A DNA stretch of 64,000 nt from an uncultured Desulfosarcina sp. (GTDB lineage Bacteria > Desulfobacterota > Desulfobacteria > Desulfobacterales > Desulfosarcinaceae): positions 1,664,001 to 1,728,000 of the forward strand of contig CAXXWQ010000004.1 of the NCBI GenBank assembly GCA_963674945.2, given 5' to 3'. Each line of letters begins with the position of its first letter. Positions within the stretch are counted from its first letter, which is position 1. This document shows, one piece after another, positions 48,883 through 60,056 of this stretch. A program made the translations under genes and the position numbers. The notes under the pieces are model-generated. The model was not told the origin of the DNA, ran no database searches, and was given only the letters and a program-made list of their open reading frames with translations.

Positions 48883-49461
48883 TTATGCAGGAAGGAACTC
48901 TTTTGCCCATTTTGGCAAAGGCTCCGCTTTAACTTCGTAGTCTCCCTCCTTCATCACGATGATTTGTTGAAATGGGTCTTCCCTATATGAATTATCCAAA
49001 ATTCTCGCTTCATCGACAATTGATAAAGCCGTTTTAACATTATTAACGGTTCTGGGTATCCTTGCGTGGATTTTTTCCGTTGGTACGCTGTGCCCTCCTT
49101 CATCTATGCGTTGCTTGACCCTGGCTTCATTCAACCTTGAATCAAATAAATGAATATATACAAGGATGATTCTATAGCCATTGGCTTTTGCACGGCCAAT
49201 GAAGTCTATCTTTGATTCATGAGAAAAAACCGTTTCAAAACAAAAAGAAATACCTTGAGAGATCAAGTCTTCTCTGATCTTTGCGGCGACGGTTGAGGCC
49301 TGAGGACTGGCAGCCTCTGGATTCACGGGATCGATATCTTTCGCTATCAAATCTGCATTTACAAACTTGATGCCGTATTTGGCCAGATACAGCTTGTAGA
49401 ATGTGGATTTCCCCGCTCCATTTCCGCCAGCCAACACCCAAAGTTGTTTTGGAGTGGTCAT
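48883..49461 (-). CDS. Zeta-toxin-like P-loop ATPase
   Basis: AGGNGAGKST, VNADLIA, SFCFETVFS and RVxxRxxxGGH. Confidence 0.85.
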   Translation of the reverse strand: MTTPKQLWVLAGGNGAGKSTFYKLYLAKYGIKFVNADLIAKDIDPVNPEAASPQASTVAAKIREDLISQGISFCFETVFSHESKIDFIGRAKANGYRIILVYIHLFDSRLNEARVKQRIDEGGHSVPTEKIHARIPRTVNNVKTALSIVDEARILDNSYREDPFQQIIVMKEGDYEVKAEPLPKWAKEFLPA

Positions 49462-49871
49462 TGCAACGCCTTGAATTCACCGTTTTCAAACGAACCGGTT
49501 TTCCTTTCTCCGGTGACGGAGTTTACCCTATCCAAGCAACCGGGGTGCTCGATGCTTGCCTCATAGAATATCTTTGCAGATGTCACATTCTTAGCGAGAA
49601 GTCCTTTATCTCTGTCATTTTCAAGGTCGTTAAAGATATCGTCTGAATCAATAACAACGGATTGAACAGTTGGGGACACTTCTACCTTGATCGTTTTTAT
49701 ACCTTGAGACACGGCAAAAACATCTGCAATATTAATTTTTGATGAAATCGCTTTGCCTATTTTTGCCCAGTATTCGATCTGTTTTGCCTTTGATCGATTC
49801 TGAACTCTGGCCTCGCGCTCAGCTTGAAGCGCTAAATCCTTGTCTATCCGTAATGATACTGTTGTCATCAT
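49458..49871 (-). CDS. ParD-like antitoxin (RHH) with C-terminal extension
   Basis: SLRID...RSKAKQIEYWAKIGK. ATGA-coupled to the ATPase gene. Confidence 0.75.
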   Translation of the reverse strand: MMTTVSLRIDKDLALQAEREARVQNRSKAKQIEYWAKIGKAISSKINIADVFAVSQGIKTIKVEVSPTVQSVVIDSDDIFNDLENDRDKGLLAKNVTSAKIFYEASIEHPGCLDRVNSVTGERKTGSFENGEFKALQ

Positions 49872-50166
49872 GACCTCCCACCCTTGGCAGACGTAAAAAG
49901 GAAGCAAATCGCATCGTAATGACGCATTCTGCCACAAAATTAATATTGATAAACAACAATGTCAACGGAATTCATCCCGGTTTGATGGGCGCTTTGAATC
50001 ATCTATAATTTCAGCCCCATGTTACCATTGGCTGGAGCCCACGGCAATTTTGCCATTTTCCTGTTTTGATTTTGGAGGGAGCCCCTTATTGCGAAAAACG
50101 AAATCAATCACTATTTTTTCGAAATGAATATTTTGGAAAAAATTAAACGATGGGGCATAGAACACG

Positions 50167-51240
50167 ATGGATGGTCAGCCTGGCAAAGTCGCTATCCTCT
50201 ATCCCGGTGATTCCGAGGCAAGGAAAAACGCGACACCTTACAACAATCGATTGACTTCGATATTTCAGGCGCTGATGGATGTGGGGGTGCATGCCGAGCC
50301 AGCCGTATACAATGATGCGTTCTGTGAAGAGGTACGGCAGCAACTAATGCGGGTTGACGTGGTTCTGGTCTGGCGAAACCCGATCCAAGACGGCCAGGAC
50401 CGTTCGATCTTAGATCCCATGCTATCGGAAGTCTCCCAAACCGGCGTATATGTGAGCGCTCATCCGGAAATCATTCTGAAGATGGGCACGAAAGAAGTTT
50501 TGTATCGTACACGTGACATGGAGTGGGGTTGCGATACGCGGCTGTATGCCAATATGAAGCAGCTTCGCCGAGAATTGCCGAAAAGCCTGGCCGCAGGCAA
50601 AACCCGGGTACTCAAACAATACCGTGGAAACGGCGGAGATGGCGTCTGGAAAGTCGAATTGGTGGACAAAAATGATTATCCGCAATCAGAAAGCATGGTT
50701 CGGGTGCGCCATGCCAAGCGGGGAAGCATAGAAGAGAAGGTCAAATTAACAAATTTTTTAGCCGCGTGTGAGCAGTATTTTACAAAGCATGGAAGGATAA
50801 TCGACCAGGCATATCAAAAACGCCTGACCGAAGGCATGGTACGCTGCTATCTGGTGCATGATAAAGTTGTCGGATTCGGATATCAAGCGATCAACGCACT
50901 CTATCCGGCGCCTCCAGGCGCACCGCCTTCGGAGGCGCCCCAACCCGGGCCTCGCCTGTATCACCCCCCGACCATGCCGGAATTTCAAAGGTTAAAAGGA
51001 AAAGTCGAACAAGAGTGGGTGCCGGAGATGCAGAAAATCCTGGATATCGACAGAGAAAACCTGCCTGTACTCTGGGACTGTGATTTTCTATTCGGACCTA
51101 AGAATGAATCGGGTGAAGATACCCATGTGCTTTGTGAGATAAATGCAAGCAGCGTCGCACCATATCCGGAAGCGGCAGCGCAGTATGTTGCCGAAGCAGT
51201 CTTGGCTCGGCTTAACAATGCGAAACAAAAACGACGATAA
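50167..51240 (+). CDS. Cj0069-like ATP-grasp protein
   Basis: SAHPEIILKMGTKEVL, RVLKQYRGNGGDGVWKV, LWDCDF and LCEINAS. Confidence 0.78.
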   Translation: MDGQPGKVAILYPGDSEARKNATPYNNRLTSIFQALMDVGVHAEPAVYNDAFCEEVRQQLMRVDVVLVWRNPIQDGQDRSILDPMLSEVSQTGVYVSAHPEIILKMGTKEVLYRTRDMEWGCDTRLYANMKQLRRELPKSLAAGKTRVLKQYRGNGGDGVWKVELVDKNDYPQSESMVRVRHAKRGSIEEKVKLTNFLAACEQYFTKHGRIIDQAYQKRLTEGMVRCYLVHDKVVGFGYQAINALYPAPPGAPPSEAPQPGPRLYHPPTMPEFQRLKGKVEQEWVPEMQKILDIDRENLPVLWDCDFLFGPKNESGEDTHVLCEINASSVAPYPEAAAQYVAEAVLARLNNAKQKRR

Positions 51241-51301
51241 GCATACGTGTGATGCAACATCCTGATCAAATGGCCGGACTTCCAATACCACCGCAATCAG
51301 G

Positions 51302-51994
51302 CTATAGGGCCTTGTAGACACCTCGCTCGGCAGGTTTCACTTTTCCTTCTTTTTTCAGACGATACGTAACGTTGTAGACTTTACGCTGATCATAGCCCGT
51401 CGCCTTCATTATCGCGGGGATATCCATGCCTCTATCTGATTTTTTGAGCAGGTCGTAAACGATTTTGGTGGAGGGTACCCGTTTGATCATCTCCACCACG
51501 CCATTTTTCATCACCACCTTCTTGCGGATTGGTCCTCGTTTGGTTCGCTTGGCTTTCGGCTGTGATAATTTCTCACCGTTCATGTTCTCAATCGCGGCAA
51601 CAATGTTCCCAACGCTGGCAGTAAGATTCTGAAGATTTTTGACTACCGAGTAAAGTTCGTTGCTAATTTCGTGCAGTGTCTTTGTGCTTTTCATATTAAT
51701 GTTGTCCTTTGCCCGTTTGAGAAATGACAGTTTCCTGTCGGCAGGTGATTTCTTGATTTGATGTTCGAGCTTGAGCGCGTCACTCTTGGAAATACATGCG
51801 CTGGTCGCCAAAAGTTCCACCGGCCTTCGGGATCGGGTGTATTTCGCACCGGAACCGCGATTGTGCTGCTCTATCCGCTTGTCTACATCGTTGGTGATCC
51901 CGCAGTACAATGAGTGATCTGCGCAGCTGACCAGATAGACGACCCAGTTTTTTTCAGACTTCACAGATTCAGTCGCTCCATATGCCCCTTCCAT
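51302..51994 (-). CDS. GIY-YIG nuclease (UPF0213-like) fused to a C-terminal wHTH region
   Basis: VYLVSCAD, LYCGITND, HNRGSGAKYTRSRRPV, ALKLE. Start is uncertain (possibly GTG ~51964). Confidence 0.75.
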   Translation of the reverse strand: MEGAYGATESVKSEKNWVVYLVSCADHSLYCGITNDVDKRIEQHNRGSGAKYTRSRRPVELLATSACISKSDALKLEHQIKKSPADRKLSFLKRAKDNINMKSTKTLHEISNELYSVVKNLQNLTASVGNIVAAIENMNGEKLSQPKAKRTKRGPIRKKVVMKNGVVEMIKRVPSTKIVYDLLKKSDRGMDIPAIMKATGYDQRKVYNVTYRLKKEGKVKPAERGVYKAL

Positions 51995-52302
51995 GCTTAC
52001 AAGATAGCAGCTTCTCGGGAGCAGCCGGGACCCGCTTACCAGTATCTGGTTTGTGCTTGTACTCTCTTGCCAAAGTTTACGGCTTCCTAAAAAAAGCCCT
52101 TTTGGTTTGTATTGATGGAAGAGTTCCTTTGAAGTCCGATCCAGTTGTTCAATACCATACCATCATAATACATGTTCAATCCTGTTACAACCAACTTTTA
52201 TCATTAAATAATATTAAGGGCACGGGAAGTTTTTGCATCCCATCAAAAAGGGTGGGGTGTTCTCAACAGCACAAGCGGGCACCTTATGAACAGAGACCTG
52301 AA

Positions 52303-53583
52303 TTAATGAATCCAGTTGGGTCGATCATTCATCCAATCTGTCACGAATCGACGCAGCCACGCCTCCATATCATTTTCAATGAAAAAACGGGGGGACAAAA
52401 GGTTGTCATCGGCGGATATGTTTCCGGTCCGCACCGCATGACGGGCCAATTCGGTATCCGGATAGATGCGAATGCCAATTGTCACCTTGACCATTTCCAA
52501 TCCAAGGGAATCGGCGAATTCAAGACTTTCCGTCACCGTTTGCCGGGTCTCTCCCGGACCGCCCAACAGCAAAAAACCCATACGGCGAATTCCGTTTGTC
52601 TTTAACAGATCCGATGCACGGCGCACATCTTCTGTCCGGTATCGCTTGTTCATTTTTTTCAATATGGCGTCCGATCCGCTTTCCATTCCCAGGCTTGCCT
52701 CGACGCAACCGGATTGCGCCATTTTTTCTACGAGGTCCGCCCCCACCTGTCCAGGATAGAGGATACATCTCCAGGATATCTGCAAACCAGCGGCGATCAT
52801 TCGGTTGCAAAGATCCATTGCATATCCCTGGGGAAGGTTGAAGGTGTTGTCCACAAAGAAGAAATGATCAAAACCGGCGGAAGCATAGTTGATCAGGGCA
52901 TCGATGATTGAACCGGCTGAACGCTTGCGGGTGGTTTTGCCTTCGATGGAAGCGGTAGAACAATAGCTGCACCCCAAAGGACAGCCCCTGCGGGTTTGAA
53001 ACGGCAACCAGATGATCTCATCGGCCGGGGGCACCAATGAAATCAAATGCCTGTGCGGTTCAGGAAACAAAAACCGATCGAGTTCACTGTTGACACGTGG
53101 GAAATTGGCAATGGTCCCCGTAGCATGATACAAACCGGGGATCATCGATAGGTCCTCGCCTTTTTCCATCTTGTCCAACAGCATGACAAACGATTGTTCC
53201 CCCTCTCCCCGAATGCCCATATCGGCGCCCAGGTAGTCCAGTACGTGTTTGGGGAACATGCTGTACCCGGCACCACCGAGCACGATTTTCGACGCGGTGG
53301 TCTGCCTGCATGTGGCAATCACGTGTTTCAGCGGCGGCAGGAGAAATCGGGGTTGTAAGGAAACCTGATCATCGATATTTCTAACGGATATGCCGATGAT
53401 ATCCGGTCGATCCTTCTCAATGCGCGCGGCCAATGATTTCAGCGCAGCGGATTCTACCTTCAAGCTGATCTGTGACACCTGGTGGCCGGCATCTTCCGCC
53501 GCCCTGGCGACCAATGCCATTCCCAGCGGCAAAACCGGAATATTGATCTGCTCTGTAATTGCGTAGATAAAGAGGACTTTCAT
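52303..53583 (-). CDS. B12-binding radical SAM protein
   Basis: PLG, GISVRNID, GEGE, QTRRGCPLGCSYC and FFVDNTFN. Confidence 0.9.
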   Translation of the reverse strand: MKVLFIYAITEQINIPVLPLGMALVARAAEDAGHQVSQISLKVESAALKSLAARIEKDRPDIIGISVRNIDDQVSLQPRFLLPPLKHVIATCRQTTASKIVLGGAGYSMFPKHVLDYLGADMGIRGEGEQSFVMLLDKMEKGEDLSMIPGLYHATGTIANFPRVNSELDRFLFPEPHRHLISLVPPADEIIWLPFQTRRGCPLGCSYCSTASIEGKTTRKRSAGSIIDALINYASAGFDHFFFVDNTFNLPQGYAMDLCNRMIAAGLQISWRCILYPGQVGADLVEKMAQSGCVEASLGMESGSDAILKKMNKRYRTEDVRRASDLLKTNGIRRMGFLLLGGPGETRQTVTESLEFADSLGLEMVKVTIGIRIYPDTELARHAVRTGNISADDNLLSPRFFIENDMEAWLRRFVTDWMNDRPNWIH

Positions 53584-53586
53584 TAC

Positions 53587-55272
53587 TTAAATTTTAAACT
53601 GGCCGACCATACTCTTCAGGCTTTCAGATAGTCTGGACAATTTCTGGGCACTGATGTTTACCCGGCCACTGCTGGTGGACATTTCGTTCATGGATACGCT
53701 CACACCGGCGATACCACTGGAAATTTCCCCGGATACCGCACTACTCTGATTGATATTCTCGTTGACTTCTTGAATGCCGGTAGAAACCTGGGCTACGTTG
53801 TTAGCGATCTCGCTGGTTGCGACAGACTGCTCTTCCACTGCCTTTGCGATTTTTGTAACGACATCGTTGACATCAGTGATCACCTGGGTGATTTCAGAGA
53901 TCTGCCCCACGGTGGTAGCCGTGGTTCCCTGGATGCCTTCAATCTTGTTCTTGATGTCCTGTGAGGCTTCGGCTGTCTGTTTTGCCAGATCCTTGATTTC
54001 GTTGGCAACCACGGCGAACCCTTTGCCGGCTTCACCGGCCCGGGCCGCCTCGATGGTGGCGTTGAGGGCCAACAGGTTGACCTGCTCGCTGATGTCGGTG
54101 ATCGTCTCGACAACCTTGCCGATGGAATTGGCCGCATTGCCCAGTTCGTCCATGTTCGCAGAAGCGCTCACAGCCTTGCGGGCTGCTTCGTCAGAAATTC
54201 CGCGGGCTTTTTCGGCATTCTGGGCAACCCCACCAATAGTGGCGGACATCTCCTCGGATGCCGAGGCCACCATGTTGGTGTTGGTGGCCGACTGCTCCAT
54301 GGCCGCTGCCACATTATTCAGATTGGCGCTCATCTCTTCGGCGGAAGCAGAGACGGTGTTGGCCTTTTCGGAGGCATTGGTGATGCCCTGGCTCATTTGC
54401 CCGGAAATGGCCGACAACTCGTTGGATGATGAAGAGAGGGTCTCCACACCACGGGTGATTTCCTTAATGAGATATTGCAGTTTGTTCATGAAAGTATTGA
54501 ACCAGGTGGCCAGCTCACCCAGTTCGTCTCTGGAACCTTCCATAAGACGCTTGGTCAGATCCCCTTCTCCCTCGGCAATATCTTTGAGTCCTTCAACCAT
54601 GGCATTGATCGGCCGTGTAAACTGCCGTGAAATGATCCATGTCAGTAAGATACCGGCCACAACACCCAGCAATATGGTCGTTATCAACACGGCCAGGGTC
54701 GATTGATAGGTAGAATGAGCACTTCTTCGGGCGTTTTGGACCAGTCCGAGATTGATTTCGGTCAGCTTGTCAAGTTGGCCGCGCATATTTTCGAAATTAT
54801 TTTTCGCTTCACCCAGGGTCAATGCCTTCGCCTTAGGAACGTTCCCTTTTCTTGCCAGTTCGATAACCTCTCGTGAATTTTCTTCCCACACTTCACGCGC
54901 CTTTTTATAAACGCTGAACAGCTCTTTTTCCGCTTCGGTGCTGGCCAGGGCCTGGTATTTTTCCCAGCGCTCGGCCGATTGTTTGAAATTGGTTTCGTAT
55001 TCGTCGATGAACTGCTTAAAAAGCTCCGAGTCAGGATCGGCAAACATCATGGAGCGTTCCGCCACCAACAACTGCTGCAGGTCGCGGTCGGCCTCGATCA
55101 GATAGTCGATGCCGGGCAATTGAATAGAAAGGGTGTTTTCCAGGTCATTTTGGATGCCTTTCACACTTCGATAACCGGTGAAGCCGATCACCCCCATAAA
55201 TAACACCATGATTCCAAATGCCGCCAACACTTTGATTCGAATTTTCACGTCATTGATAAAGCGCATCCCCAT
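53587..55272 (-). CDS. Methyl-accepting chemotaxis protein (4HB sensor, HAMP)
   Basis: Two TM segments, GEGDLT...DELG HAMP and [27 protein letters not shown]. Confidence 0.95.
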   Translation of the reverse strand: MGMRFINDVKIRIKVLAAFGIMVLFMGVIGFTGYRSVKGIQNDLENTLSIQLPGIDYLIEADRDLQQLLVAERSMMFADPDSELFKQFIDEYETNFKQSAERWEKYQALASTEAEKELFSVYKKAREVWEENSREVIELARKGNVPKAKALTLGEAKNNFENMRGQLDKLTEINLGLVQNARRSAHSTYQSTLAVLITTILLGVVAGILLTWIISRQFTRPINAMVEGLKDIAEGEGDLTKRLMEGSRDELGELATWFNTFMNKLQYLIKEITRGVETLSSSSNELSAISGQMSQGITNASEKANTVSASAEEMSANLNNVAAAMEQSATNTNMVASASEEMSATIGGVAQNAEKARGISDEAARKAVSASANMDELGNAANSIGKVVETITDISEQVNLLALNATIEAARAGEAGKGFAVVANEIKDLAKQTAEASQDIKNKIEGIQGTTATTVGQISEITQVITDVNDVVTKIAKAVEEQSVATSEIANNVAQVSTGIQEVNENINQSSAVSGEISSGIAGVSVSMNEMSTSSGRVNISAQKLSRLSESLKSMVGQFKI

Positions 55273-55580
55273 AGCCTCCTCTACACAATAAAAGATTGTC
55301 TGCACTGTAATTTGCTCATATACGCCATTGAGCTGATTCTACTTGCCGATTCATGTTGAGTTGTCAGCTATTTTCTAATCCGGCTTTCGCCCTTAGATGA
55401 TTATCGGCAGAAGAGAGACGATATTAAGGAGCGATACAGACATGATCACCCAAAGTAGGCGTTTCGCCTTTTTTGAAAAACAGAGAAGGTCCATGATGTC
55501 ATTGGTTTGTTCGCGGTTTTCCATCTTAAAAAGCGAAACCCTCCGGGATTGCCGCTGAAACCGCATCTGGCAAAATGATG

Positions 55581-56510
55581 TTACACATAACCGGAAACCA
55601 GGGTCAGCCATAACATGAGCGTCACGGCCGAAAGCAGGGTGGAAGCGGAGACGGTGGCCACGGCCAGATCCGGACTTCCGTTCATCTCCTTGGCCATGAC
55701 ATAGGAAATCGTGGCGGTGGGACTTGCCAGCAAGATCAGTCCTGTGATCGTATCTCCGGCTGAAAGATGGCAGAGTCGATAGAGCCACCATCCCAGCGCC
55801 GGCATCACTATAAGTTTGACGACGGCGGCGCCCAGGGTGGACCAGGCGTAGGCACGAATACGGCGAAGGGACAGGGAGGCGCCGATAATCAAAAGGGCCG
55901 TGGGAAGGGCCAGGCCGCCGATGATGGCCAGACTGCGCTGGATGATCAGCGGCATGGGGATATTGACCCCGGACACCACCATTCCGGCAACGACGGAGAC
56001 AATCACGGGATTGGACATGACCTTGGAACCATAGTCGCGAAAACCGTATGACTGCCCCCTGTCCGGTGCGAAAAGCTGGAGGGTCACCACCGATAGGATA
56101 TTTTGCAGGATCATCATGAACCCGGCAATCACGCTGGCATGGACCAATCCCTTTTCACCCAGAAAATAATAAACCACGGCAAGACCGATATACCCCAGGT
56201 TTCCATGACCGGAACTCTGGATGAAAGTGCCGGTGAGAGATCGTGCCATGCGAAGAACGCGGCTGATTGCCCAGGCAAAGAGATACGTGGTGGCCAGCGC
56301 GATCAGCGTCAGTGCAATGACGAGGGGATTGAACCACTCCTTGGAGGTGGACTGGGTGAGGGCGCGAAAGATCATGGCCGGAATGGCCACATAATAGACC
56401 AGACGATTGGCCGGTTCGATGAATCCGCCGGGGAGAAATCCTCTCCTGTGAACGACCCATCCCAAAAGAACGATGATAAAGATGGGGACGATGGTGGCGA
56501 CAATCTGCAA
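55581..56510 (-). CDS. AEC family transporter
   Basis: NRLVYYVAIPAMIF, GNLGYIGL, NPVI and SPTA. Probable TTG start. Confidence 0.88.
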   Translation of the reverse strand: MQIVATIVPIFIIVLLGWVVHRRGFLPGGFIEPANRLVYYVAIPAMIFRALTQSTSKEWFNPLVIALTLIALATTYLFAWAISRVLRMARSLTGTFIQSSGHGNLGYIGLAVVYYFLGEKGLVHASVIAGFMMILQNILSVVTLQLFAPDRGQSYGFRDYGSKVMSNPVIVSVVAGMVVSGVNIPMPLIIQRSLAIIGGLALPTALLIIGASLSLRRIRAYAWSTLGAAVVKLIVMPALGWWLYRLCHLSAGDTITGLILLASPTATISYVMAKEMNGSPDLAVATVSASTLLSAVTLMLWLTLVSGYV

Positions 56511-56523
56511 TGGCTTTGGGCCT

Positions 56524-58329
56524 CTAATAAATGAGTACGACAACGCCTGTCAACACCAGTAGAAAAAGGATACTCAGCGGCAAGCCGGCTTTGATAAAAT
56601 CCCTGCTGGTATATCCCCCCGGTCCCATGTACAAGGCGTTTACCTGGTGAGTGGGGAGCAAAAAAGCATTGGATGCGGAAAGTCCCACTACCAGGGCGGC
56701 AAGGCGCGGATCGGCACCGATGCCGACGGCCATGTCCACTACCATGGGTACCAGCAGGACCGTCGCCCCCACGTTGGAGACCACCAGGGTCAAAGCGGTG
56801 GTCATGATGCCGATCACCAGGAAGAAAACAACAGGTGAGGGGGTTCCCATGAATTCCAGCAAATGAAACGCAAGCCATTGGGCGGCCTGGCTCTTCTGCA
56901 TGGCGACGCCCAGTGGGATAAGCCCGCTGAGAAGAAAAACCGTTCGCCAATCCACACCATGGTATGCCTCGTCGATGGTAAGCACACGCGTCAGAACCAT
57001 GCCCAAGGCCCCGGTCATCAGGCAGACGGAAATGGGCAACGAACTGAAAAGAACCAGTACCGTGGCCAATGCAAAACAGGCGATGGCGGCACTGGCCTTG
57101 TGGGTATGCAGGATTTCGTGGTGGGGCGATTGGGCGAACAAGAGGTCTCTCTTGGGCCGCATGCGCTGGAAACTCTCCCATTTGCCATGCATCAGGATGA
57201 CATCCCCCGGTGCCAGTTTCCGGGGACCGAGCTTCGTATAGTGGATCTGCCCCTGATGCATGATGGCCAGCGGTGCCATCAGAAAATTGTGACGAAAGCG
57301 AACCTGCATCAAGGTCTGTCCCACGAATCGGGAATGGGGGGAGATGATGGCCTCCAAAACCCCGGAAAAATCACTGGACAGGTCCTCGGAAAAAACGTCG
57401 AGATCTTCCTTCACCCGAAATCCGAAGGCGGCGGCAACTTCCTGGACATGTTCCGGTGAGGCATATACGGCAAAGACCGATCCGGGAGTGATGCGAAGGT
57501 CCCGGTCCGGGGGAAGGATCTTGTGCGCCCCCCCATCCAGGGAGAGGGCGACGGTGTGAACATTGTAGCCGTCGCAAAGATCCATAACCTTGGGTTCGGC
57601 GTCCGAGCCGGGCCCGTTTTCCAGTTCGAAGAGTCGGACCAGTTCCGGATAATAGACCAGGGGGTTGGTCTCCGTCTGAAATTGCGCCGCACCTTCCAAG
57701 GCGTCTTTGGGAAGCACGAATTTCCCGAAAATGATGAAGAAAACGATGCCGGTCGTCACAATGGCCACGCCTGCAGCCGTGACGTCAAAGAGGCTGAAGG
57801 GGGAAAGTCCGAAGGGTCGCATCAGATCGTTGAGCATGATCAAGGGGCTTGATCCGACAAGGGTAATGGTTCCGCCCATGATCGCCGAGAATCCAACCGG
57901 CATGAGCAACTGAGAGATGGGGATCCGGGTCTTTCTGCTCATTCGCTGAATGGCGGGCAAAAAGAGTGCCGCGGCACCAATGTTCTGCATGAAGCTGGAG
58001 ATGACCGCCACCGTTCCCGACAACAGTAGTATCATGCGCTGTCGGTTCGCTCCTGCGATCCGAAGTATGGGCCGGACCCCGCGGCTGATGACACCGGTAT
58101 GATCCAATCCCCTGCCCATGATGATGACGGCGATGATGGAGATGACAGCCGTGCTGGAAAACCCCTGGAACGCCTCACGACCGTCCAATAGTCCCATCAT
58201 TGGAAGGAGGATCATCACCATGATGGCCACCACATCGACGCGCAGCCATTCGGTGATGAACAGCGCAATGGTGACCAGTACGACGCTCAACACAAGGGCG
58301 ATCTGCATGGTAAATGCCGGAGACGCCAT
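56524..58329 (-). CDS. SLC13 family permease with TrkA-C domains
   Basis: EWLRVDVVA, SSFMQNIGA, GGTITLVGSS, SNVGAT and THQVNAL. Confidence 0.9.
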   Translation of the reverse strand: MASPAFTMQIALVLSVVLVTIALFITEWLRVDVVAIMVMILLPMMGLLDGREAFQGFSSTAVISIIAVIIMGRGLDHTGVISRGVRPILRIAGANRQRMILLLSGTVAVISSFMQNIGAAALFLPAIQRMSRKTRIPISQLLMPVGFSAIMGGTITLVGSSPLIMLNDLMRPFGLSPFSLFDVTAAGVAIVTTGIVFFIIFGKFVLPKDALEGAAQFQTETNPLVYYPELVRLFELENGPGSDAEPKVMDLCDGYNVHTVALSLDGGAHKILPPDRDLRITPGSVFAVYASPEHVQEVAAAFGFRVKEDLDVFSEDLSSDFSGVLEAIISPHSRFVGQTLMQVRFRHNFLMAPLAIMHQGQIHYTKLGPRKLAPGDVILMHGKWESFQRMRPKRDLLFAQSPHHEILHTHKASAAIACFALATVLVLFSSLPISVCLMTGALGMVLTRVLTIDEAYHGVDWRTVFLLSGLIPLGVAMQKSQAAQWLAFHLLEFMGTPSPVVFFLVIGIMTTALTLVVSNVGATVLLVPMVVDMAVGIGADPRLAALVVGLSASNAFLLPTHQVNALYMGPGGYTSRDFIKAGLPLSILFLLVLTGVVVLIY

Positions 58330-58431
58330 AGGCAATGAATCTTCCTCGGTTTTATGTTTGTTCTCTACCGTTCAAGTAATTCAGCAATTACAGGATTGTG
58401 GCGAGGTCACCGATTGACCTCTCATTGGCCT

Positions 58432-59868
58432 TCACTCCGGTTGACGGTGCCGGCCGTACAGGTCTTTGATTCTCACGATATCGTCATCGCCGATATATCC
58501 GCCTGTCTGTACTTCGATCAGTTCCAAAGGTATCTTTCCCGGATTTTCCAGTTGATGAGGGATTCCCGCACTGATGTAGGCGGAGCTTTCCTCTTTGAGA
58601 ATGAACTGCTCGTCGCCCCGGGTAACCATGGCTGTTCCATGTACGACGATCCAGTGTTCGGATCGGTTGAAATGTTTTTGCAGGGACAATGCACAACCGG
58701 GTTTGACGGTAATCCGGTTCACCAGGAACCGACCGCCTCTGACCAATTCGTCCACCGTTCCCCAGGGACGATAGCTCCGTTTGTGGGAACGGGTCTCTTC
58801 CCGCCCCTTTGCCTTGAGATGATCCACCAGCCCCTTGACATCCTGTACCCGATCCCGGGGCGAGATCATCACCGCATCGGAGGTCTCCACGACGATGTGG
58901 TCCTTCAGTCCGACGGCAGCGATCAGGCGATGCTCGGCATGCAGGTAAGAGTCTGCCACATCGTTTAACACTACGTCCCCCTTGACTACGTTTCTCTGGT
59001 CGTCCTTTTCTCCCACCTGCCACAAGGCTTCCCAGGAGCCCAGGTCATTCCAACCGGCCGACAGGGGGATCATTGCTCCGTTGTCCGTTTTTTCCATCAC
59101 CGCGTAATCGATGGAATTGCTGGGACATTCGGAAAAGGCGGACTTGTCCAAACGGAAAAAATCGAGATCCGATCGTCCCTGTTCCATGGCCTTTTTACAG
59201 GCGGTGACGATGTCGGGCGCATGGGATTCCAGTTCATTGAGCGCTTGGGAGGCCTTGAACATAAACATCCCGCTGTTCCAGCAATAGGCCTTGGAAGCGA
59301 CGTATTGCATGGCCGTTTCCAGATCCGGTTTTTCCACGAAGGCGTCGATGGCCACGGCACGATCATCGGCGCCATCCAGTGGCAGGGAGACTCCCATCTT
59401 GATGTATCCATACCCGGTTTCGGGTTTGTCCGGAATGATACCGAAGGTAATCAGGCGCCCTGCCTGGGCGTACTTCTCACCGATTCGCAAGGTATCGATA
59501 AATGGGTCGGTGAACTGGATGTGGTGATCGGCGGGAAGAATCAGAAGTACGGGATCATCCCCTTTTTCCATGGCAACCATGGCGGCCACGGCCAACGCCG
59601 GCGCGGTGTTTCTTCCCACCGGTTCCAAAACGATGGATGACGGCACCGTGTCGATCTGACGGAATTGTTCAGCCACCATGAACCGGTATTCGTCATTGCA
59701 AATGACCATGGGATAAGACATGCCGTCCAACCCGCCGAGTCGAAGAACGGTATTTTGAAGCATGGTGTGCCGATCCACGAGACGGATCAACTGTTTGGGG
59801 TAAAGGGCACGGGAGAGGGGCCAGAGCCGTGTTCCACTGCCGCCGGCAAGAATGACAGGAAGAATCAT
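58432..59868 (-). CDS. manC: Mannose-1-phosphate guanylyltransferase / mannose-6-phosphate isomerase
   Basis: LAGGSGTRLWPLSR, EPVGRNTAPA, FVEKP, WNDLGSW, RPWG and RSEHW. Confidence 0.96.
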   Translation of the reverse strand: MILPVILAGGSGTRLWPLSRALYPKQLIRLVDRHTMLQNTVLRLGGLDGMSYPMVICNDEYRFMVAEQFRQIDTVPSSIVLEPVGRNTAPALAVAAMVAMEKGDDPVLLILPADHHIQFTDPFIDTLRIGEKYAQAGRLITFGIIPDKPETGYGYIKMGVSLPLDGADDRAVAIDAFVEKPDLETAMQYVASKAYCWNSGMFMFKASQALNELESHAPDIVTACKKAMEQGRSDLDFFRLDKSAFSECPSNSIDYAVMEKTDNGAMIPLSAGWNDLGSWEALWQVGEKDDQRNVVKGDVVLNDVADSYLHAEHRLIAAVGLKDHIVVETSDAVMISPRDRVQDVKGLVDHLKAKGREETRSHKRSYRPWGTVDELVRGGRFLVNRITVKPGCALSLQKHFNRSEHWIVVHGTAMVTRGDEQFILKEESSAYISAGIPHQLENPGKIPLELIEVQTGGYIGDDDIVRIKDLYGRHRQPE

Positions 59869-60056
59869 GAAGTCCTCGTTTTACGAAATCGAAAGTTTTG
59901 GTTTGTCCCAAATTGAGCGATTGGCCATTAGCAGTATACTTATAACAATTTCTAAAGTTTTGCTTTTAGCCCAACAGGTGAACATCGAGCTACTGATTTC
60001 TGCTCAGCAAATGAGAGTTAACTGCTAATTGCTGACGGCTAACCGCTTATCTTGGC

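Noticed and set aside
55393..55524. Possible 43-aa membrane peptide downstream of the AEC transporter
   Set aside because: No clear RBS or homology evidence.
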